NCBI GenBank assembly: GCA_032718475.1
Contig: JAUCBJ010000080.1
Span: forward strand, 1-60,155
Origin: Nemertoderma westbladi
Taxonomy: Eukaryota; Animalia; Xenacoelomorpha
Direction: 5' to 3'
Length of the DNA stretch: 60,155 bases
Part shown: one piece after another, positions 58,045 through 60,155 of the stretch
Layout: every line of letters begins with the position of its first letter
Position numbering within the stretch: the first letter of the stretch is position 1
Translations under genes and position numbers: made by a program
Notes under the pieces: generated by a model
The model's database searches: none
What the model was told of the DNA's origin: nothing
Seen by the model: only the letters and a program-made list of their open reading frames with translations

Positions 58045-60155
58045 TGCAGCATGCCGATCCTAGTAGTAGTAGTAGCTTAACAAAAAAATTTGTCACCAAC
58101 ATGCAATCCACAATTGGCAAGCTGCATTGCAGCTTGCACATTGAGAATGCTATGCCGGCTTATCACAAAGGTGCAGGTCAGCTATTCTAGACGTCATTGA
58201 TCACAGAAAACTTAGATCATCCGCATCTTCAAGGCCAGTGTCCTTTAAGATGCGTCCCAAGAAAGTCATGGGCTGTCCACCATGCTTATTCACTCCATGA
58301 GGCTGCCAAAGTACAAGATTATGCACTGGCTGGTCCTCACGGCGAAAACAATGTCCTGCAAAGCGGAGGCGATTTTGTTCTAGTGTCAAGCTTGGGGGAA
58401 CCAATGAGACACCTCCAATGTTATATAGTGTCTGGTTGGAGATGTGTGCATTGTACTTGACACAATGAACCCGGCGTAGCATTCTTGTGAATGTGCCATC
58501 CAGAGATTTGGTGTCCTCAGCAGTTAGAGCCCAGCATGGACTCCCATAGAGGAGTACTGGAACTACTGCTGCTCTAAATGACCATGGAACCCATTTTGGC
58601 ACTTAGAAGGATAATTGAAGAGTTATCAAAAAAGAAAGACAGGCATCTGGCTGTTATCTTTGTTGACTTCTTCAAGGCCTTTGATTCAGTCTCCCGCTCA
58701 CGTATGTTCAGCATACTTTCATTATATGGGATTCCTGATGAAATTATTGCAGCAATCAGATCAGTATACGATGGTTCGACAACATTTGTGTCTACTGTTG
58801 ATGGTGACACAGAACCATTTGAAGTGTTATGGGGCGTCCTCCAGGGAGACACACTTGCACCATTCTTGTTCATTATTGTGGTTGACTATGTTCTACGCAT
58901 GTCCTTAGATCATCAGAATGATGATGGGGTGATGATAACTCCACCTACTGGCTCCAGAAGTCGAGGAAATCCTGCCAAGTACCTAACTGATCTAGACTTT
59001 GCTGATGACTTAGGAGTACTCTCAGAATCATTAGAGGGAGCCCAACGGCTCCTCAGCTCATTAGAACATGCTGCTTCTAGTGTTGGTCTTTTTATTAACT
59101 CCAGAAAGACCAAAATTCTGACAGTTAACTTTGAAAGTCCTCAGCAAGTCTCTGATCGGATGAGCATAAGCTCAAAGGATGGTATGCTTGAGCATGTGGA
59201 CGACTTCTGTTACCTGGGATCATGGATCCGGAAGTCAGGTGAGGACCTTCGAATACGTAAGGGAAAGGCATGGGCAGCCTTGAATAGGCTTTCCATTCCA
59301 GGATTTGGAAGTCACCTAGAATTAATCGGAAACTTAAGGTCCGATTATTTAGAGCAACAGTAGTTCCAGTACTCCTCTACGGGAGTCCATGCTGGGCTCT
59401 AACTGCTGAGGACACCAAATCTCTGGATGGCACATTCACAAGAATGCTACGCCGGGTTCATTGTGTCAAGTACAATGCACACATCTCCAACCAGACACTA
59501 TATAACATTGGAGGTGTCTCATTGGTTCCCCCAAACTTGACACTAGAATAAAATCGCCTCCGCTTTGCAGGACATTGCTTTCGCCGTGAGGACCAGCCAG
59601 TGCATAATCTTGTACTTTGGCAGCCTCATGGAGTGAATAAGCATGGTGGACAGCCCATGACTTTCTTGAGACGCATCTTAAAGGACACTGGCCTTGGAGA
59701 TGCGGATGATCTAGCAAATGTCATGGGTGATAGGGAGTTGTGGCGGCGCAATTTTGTCGACAAGCCGGCACAGCATTCTTAAAAATGCAGCTGCAATGCG
59801 GCATGCCGATCCTAGTAGTAGTAGTAGCTTAACAAAAAAATTTGTCACCAACATGCAATCCACAATTGGCAAGCCCAATGCAGCATGCATTAAGAATGCT
59901 ATGCCGGCTTATCAACAAAGTTGCACCGCCACAAACTCCCTACCCCCCATGACTTTCGCGAGAACATCCGCATCTTCAAGGCCAGTGTTCTTTAGGGGGC
60001 TTTATGCTTATTTTCTACATGGGCTGCAAAACCCAAAGATTGTGACAGTTGGTCCTCACGGCGAAAACAATGTTCTGCAAAGCGGAGGCGGCTAGTTGTT
60101 CTAGTGTCAAGCTTGGGGGAACCAATGAGACACCCCAATATTCTATAGTGTCTGG
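58045..60155. mobile_element. Cluster of RTE family 2 pieces in alternating orientations
   Basis: Minus piece 58213-58577; plus RT fragment 58578-59826 ending in (TAG)n; minus older copy 59827-60155; tail junction duplicated at 58045-58165. Confidence 0.88.

Noticed and set aside
58213-58578. Twin-priming 5' inversion
   Set aside because: The inverted piece duplicates the 3' region rather than supplying upstream sequence, and at the sites checked it resembles the 52.4-52.9 kb copy more.

Overview
AT-rich eukaryotic (almost certainly invertebrate animal) genomic DNA, dense with transposon debris. It holds seven host-type ORFs, each uninterrupted over its visible coding length: DCLRE1A/SNM1A, a divergent BAF-like protein, an unknown 270-aa protein, the ZC3H13/Flacc C-terminal region, VOPP1, CHM/REP and ATG4. 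Between them lie two RTE-clade LINE families, a CRE-like RLE fragment, P-element/THAP9 and Tc1/mariner transposase relics, tRNA-derived SINEs, many MITEs (EnSpm-, Ginger-, P-, hAT- and Tc1-like) and several minisatellites. Main discoveries: (1) a ~375-nt retrozyme-like element with a minimal type I hammerhead ribozyme placed between tRNA A and B boxes at the tip of a long hairpin, in 3 copies with Penelope-like inverted insertions and TSDs; (2) pervasive TA-CAG/CTG-TA and TA-GGCC-TA insertions shown by paralogue pairs, consistent with DNA-transposon excision footprints; (3) apparent wholesale loss of coding introns, with splice acceptors retained just upstream of start codons; (4) two adjacent satellites built from splicing-signal motifs. 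All calls were made by eye and from remembered family motifs; no searches were run.
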